A stretch of 63,932 nt of DNA, the filler included, from Octopus bimaculoides (taxonomy: Eukaryota): assembly GCF_001194135.2 (NCBI RefSeq). It is 8 parts of 8 records of this genome, joined end to end, with 100 filler letters (N's around TTAATTAATTAA, not from the genome) between each part and the next. Parts side by side here need not be neighbours in the genome. Positions count along the whole stretch, not along the records: positions 53,799 to 63,932 come from NC_068998.1; 7 more parts are not named here. One strand, written 5' to 3'. Positions 62,873 to 63,932 of the stretch are shown here, piece after piece (position 1 is the stretch's first letter; each line of letters begins with the position of its first letter). The notes under the pieces are model-generated. The model was given only the letters and a program-made list of their open reading frames with translations. It was not told where the DNA came from and did not search any database. Made by a program: the position numbers and the translations under genes.

Positions 62873-63862
62873 ATTCTTTTTTTTATAGTTTCAGCTCAGA
62901 GCTGCGTCCATGCTGGGGCACCACTATTTTGCTACACTGTTAATATTAAGAGCCTCCTCTAATATGTGGCATTTGGTGAATAAGGGAGTTTGTTGTCTTT
63001 ACACTCATTTGCATGTCTTGTCGCAAAGTAGGTTTATCTGGGACTCTCAACAAGAAGAGGTCCAGTTTTGATTTGAAAACACCTATATTCACATTTGTGT
63101 AGGTCCCTCAGGCTCTTTGGGAGGAAATCAAAAAGCTGTGGGCCCCTGAAACCCAGGCTGTTGCAGTAACAGGTTGTGAAGCATGATGGCATTGTTGGGA
63201 TCTTTGGCACCATGCAGTGTCAAACCATCCTAGCATTTGTGTAGCTTTCAATGCCAAAATTTAGCACAATCCCTTCCGGAAGTATATTACTGCATACCTC
63301 TGTTGCTTTTGCTCCAGGGAGTAGAGTCATAGCTGTTTCAATCTTTCCCAGTAGCTGAGCTGTTGCAACGAGACGATCTTGTTTGTGAAGCTTCGCTGGA
63401 TTGCTTCAAGATCCACTGTTAATTTTACGCTGTTGGGTGACCATGGCTGGGAGCAGTATGCCAGCCAGCTGAGGATGAATGTCCTCCAGAAGGCCATCAT
63501 GGTTTCCTTGTCTCTTGTCCTGAACGTTCTCAGTATCCAGCCAGCCAGTCTGCACTTTGTGGCCATCCTTGTAATCTGCTCTTGGAAAGGGGTATCATCA
63601 CTCATGTTGATACCCAGGTCCTTCACTGATTTAGGGTTTGGGATTGTAATCCTCTGTGGACCAATGTACTGTGTAAGTTTTATATTCAGTTTTGGATGCT
63701 GGTAGTGCAGAGCTTAGAATTTTTCAGCATTAAACTGCATATTATTGTCCTCAGCCCATCTGTAATTTGAATCCAACTGCTGTTGCAGATGTGCAACATC
63801 ACTGGGGTTCTACATTTTCTGTTAGAGTTTTGTATCGTCTGCATAGCTAGCAAGGGTGTTTT
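62873..63862 (-). mobile_element. Second copy of the same CR1-clade LINE (3' about 1 kb), inverted relative to 58750-61060
   Basis: Reverse complement is collinear with about 60138-61055; ORF piece KDLGINMSDD..WILRTFRTRD..LAYCSQPWSP..LEAIQRSFT..LSYWERLKQL. Confidence 0.92.
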
Positions 63863-63879
63863 TTCTCTCAAGAAATGTG

Positions 63880-63932
<53 letters not shown>

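Overview
AT-rich, microsatellite-dense eukaryotic genomic DNA with many N gaps. The SINE families and the extreme (TA)/(CA)/(TATG) content point to a coleoid cephalopod, most likely Octopus; this is inference from repeat recognition, not a database result. The window is not one locus. Seven identical 100-bp spacers (44 N + TTAATTAATTAA + 44 N) join eight independent sequence pieces: 1-3453, 3554-21032, 21133-33031, 33132-45230, 45331-48185, 48286-49922, 50023-53698 and 53799-63932. Most ORF-track entries are microsatellite or N artefacts. The only credible host coding feature is a first coding exon for a type II membrane or signal-anchor protein (623-766). The rest is transposon-derived: about 25 tRNA-derived SINE copies of four families, Tc1 and mariner relics (one full-length Tc1 with both TIRs), a hAT end, a 5'-truncated R4/Dong-like LINE sitting in (TAA)n, two inverted CR1-clade LINE copies, and a decayed Penelope-like element with Naiad-type CxCx5C/GIY-YIG architecture. 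The strongest unexplained signal is a set of four families of minimal type I hammerhead-ribozyme-like motifs. Each has a self-complementary helix III (ACGU, ACAGCUGU or AUGGCCAU), and one family is fused downstream of a Pol III tRNA-like head. Other notable structures are a SINE-seeded 41-bp minisatellite, a 3' stem-loop shared by a SINE and a LINE with compensatory changes, a head-to-head SINE pair and a 170-bp foldback hairpin.
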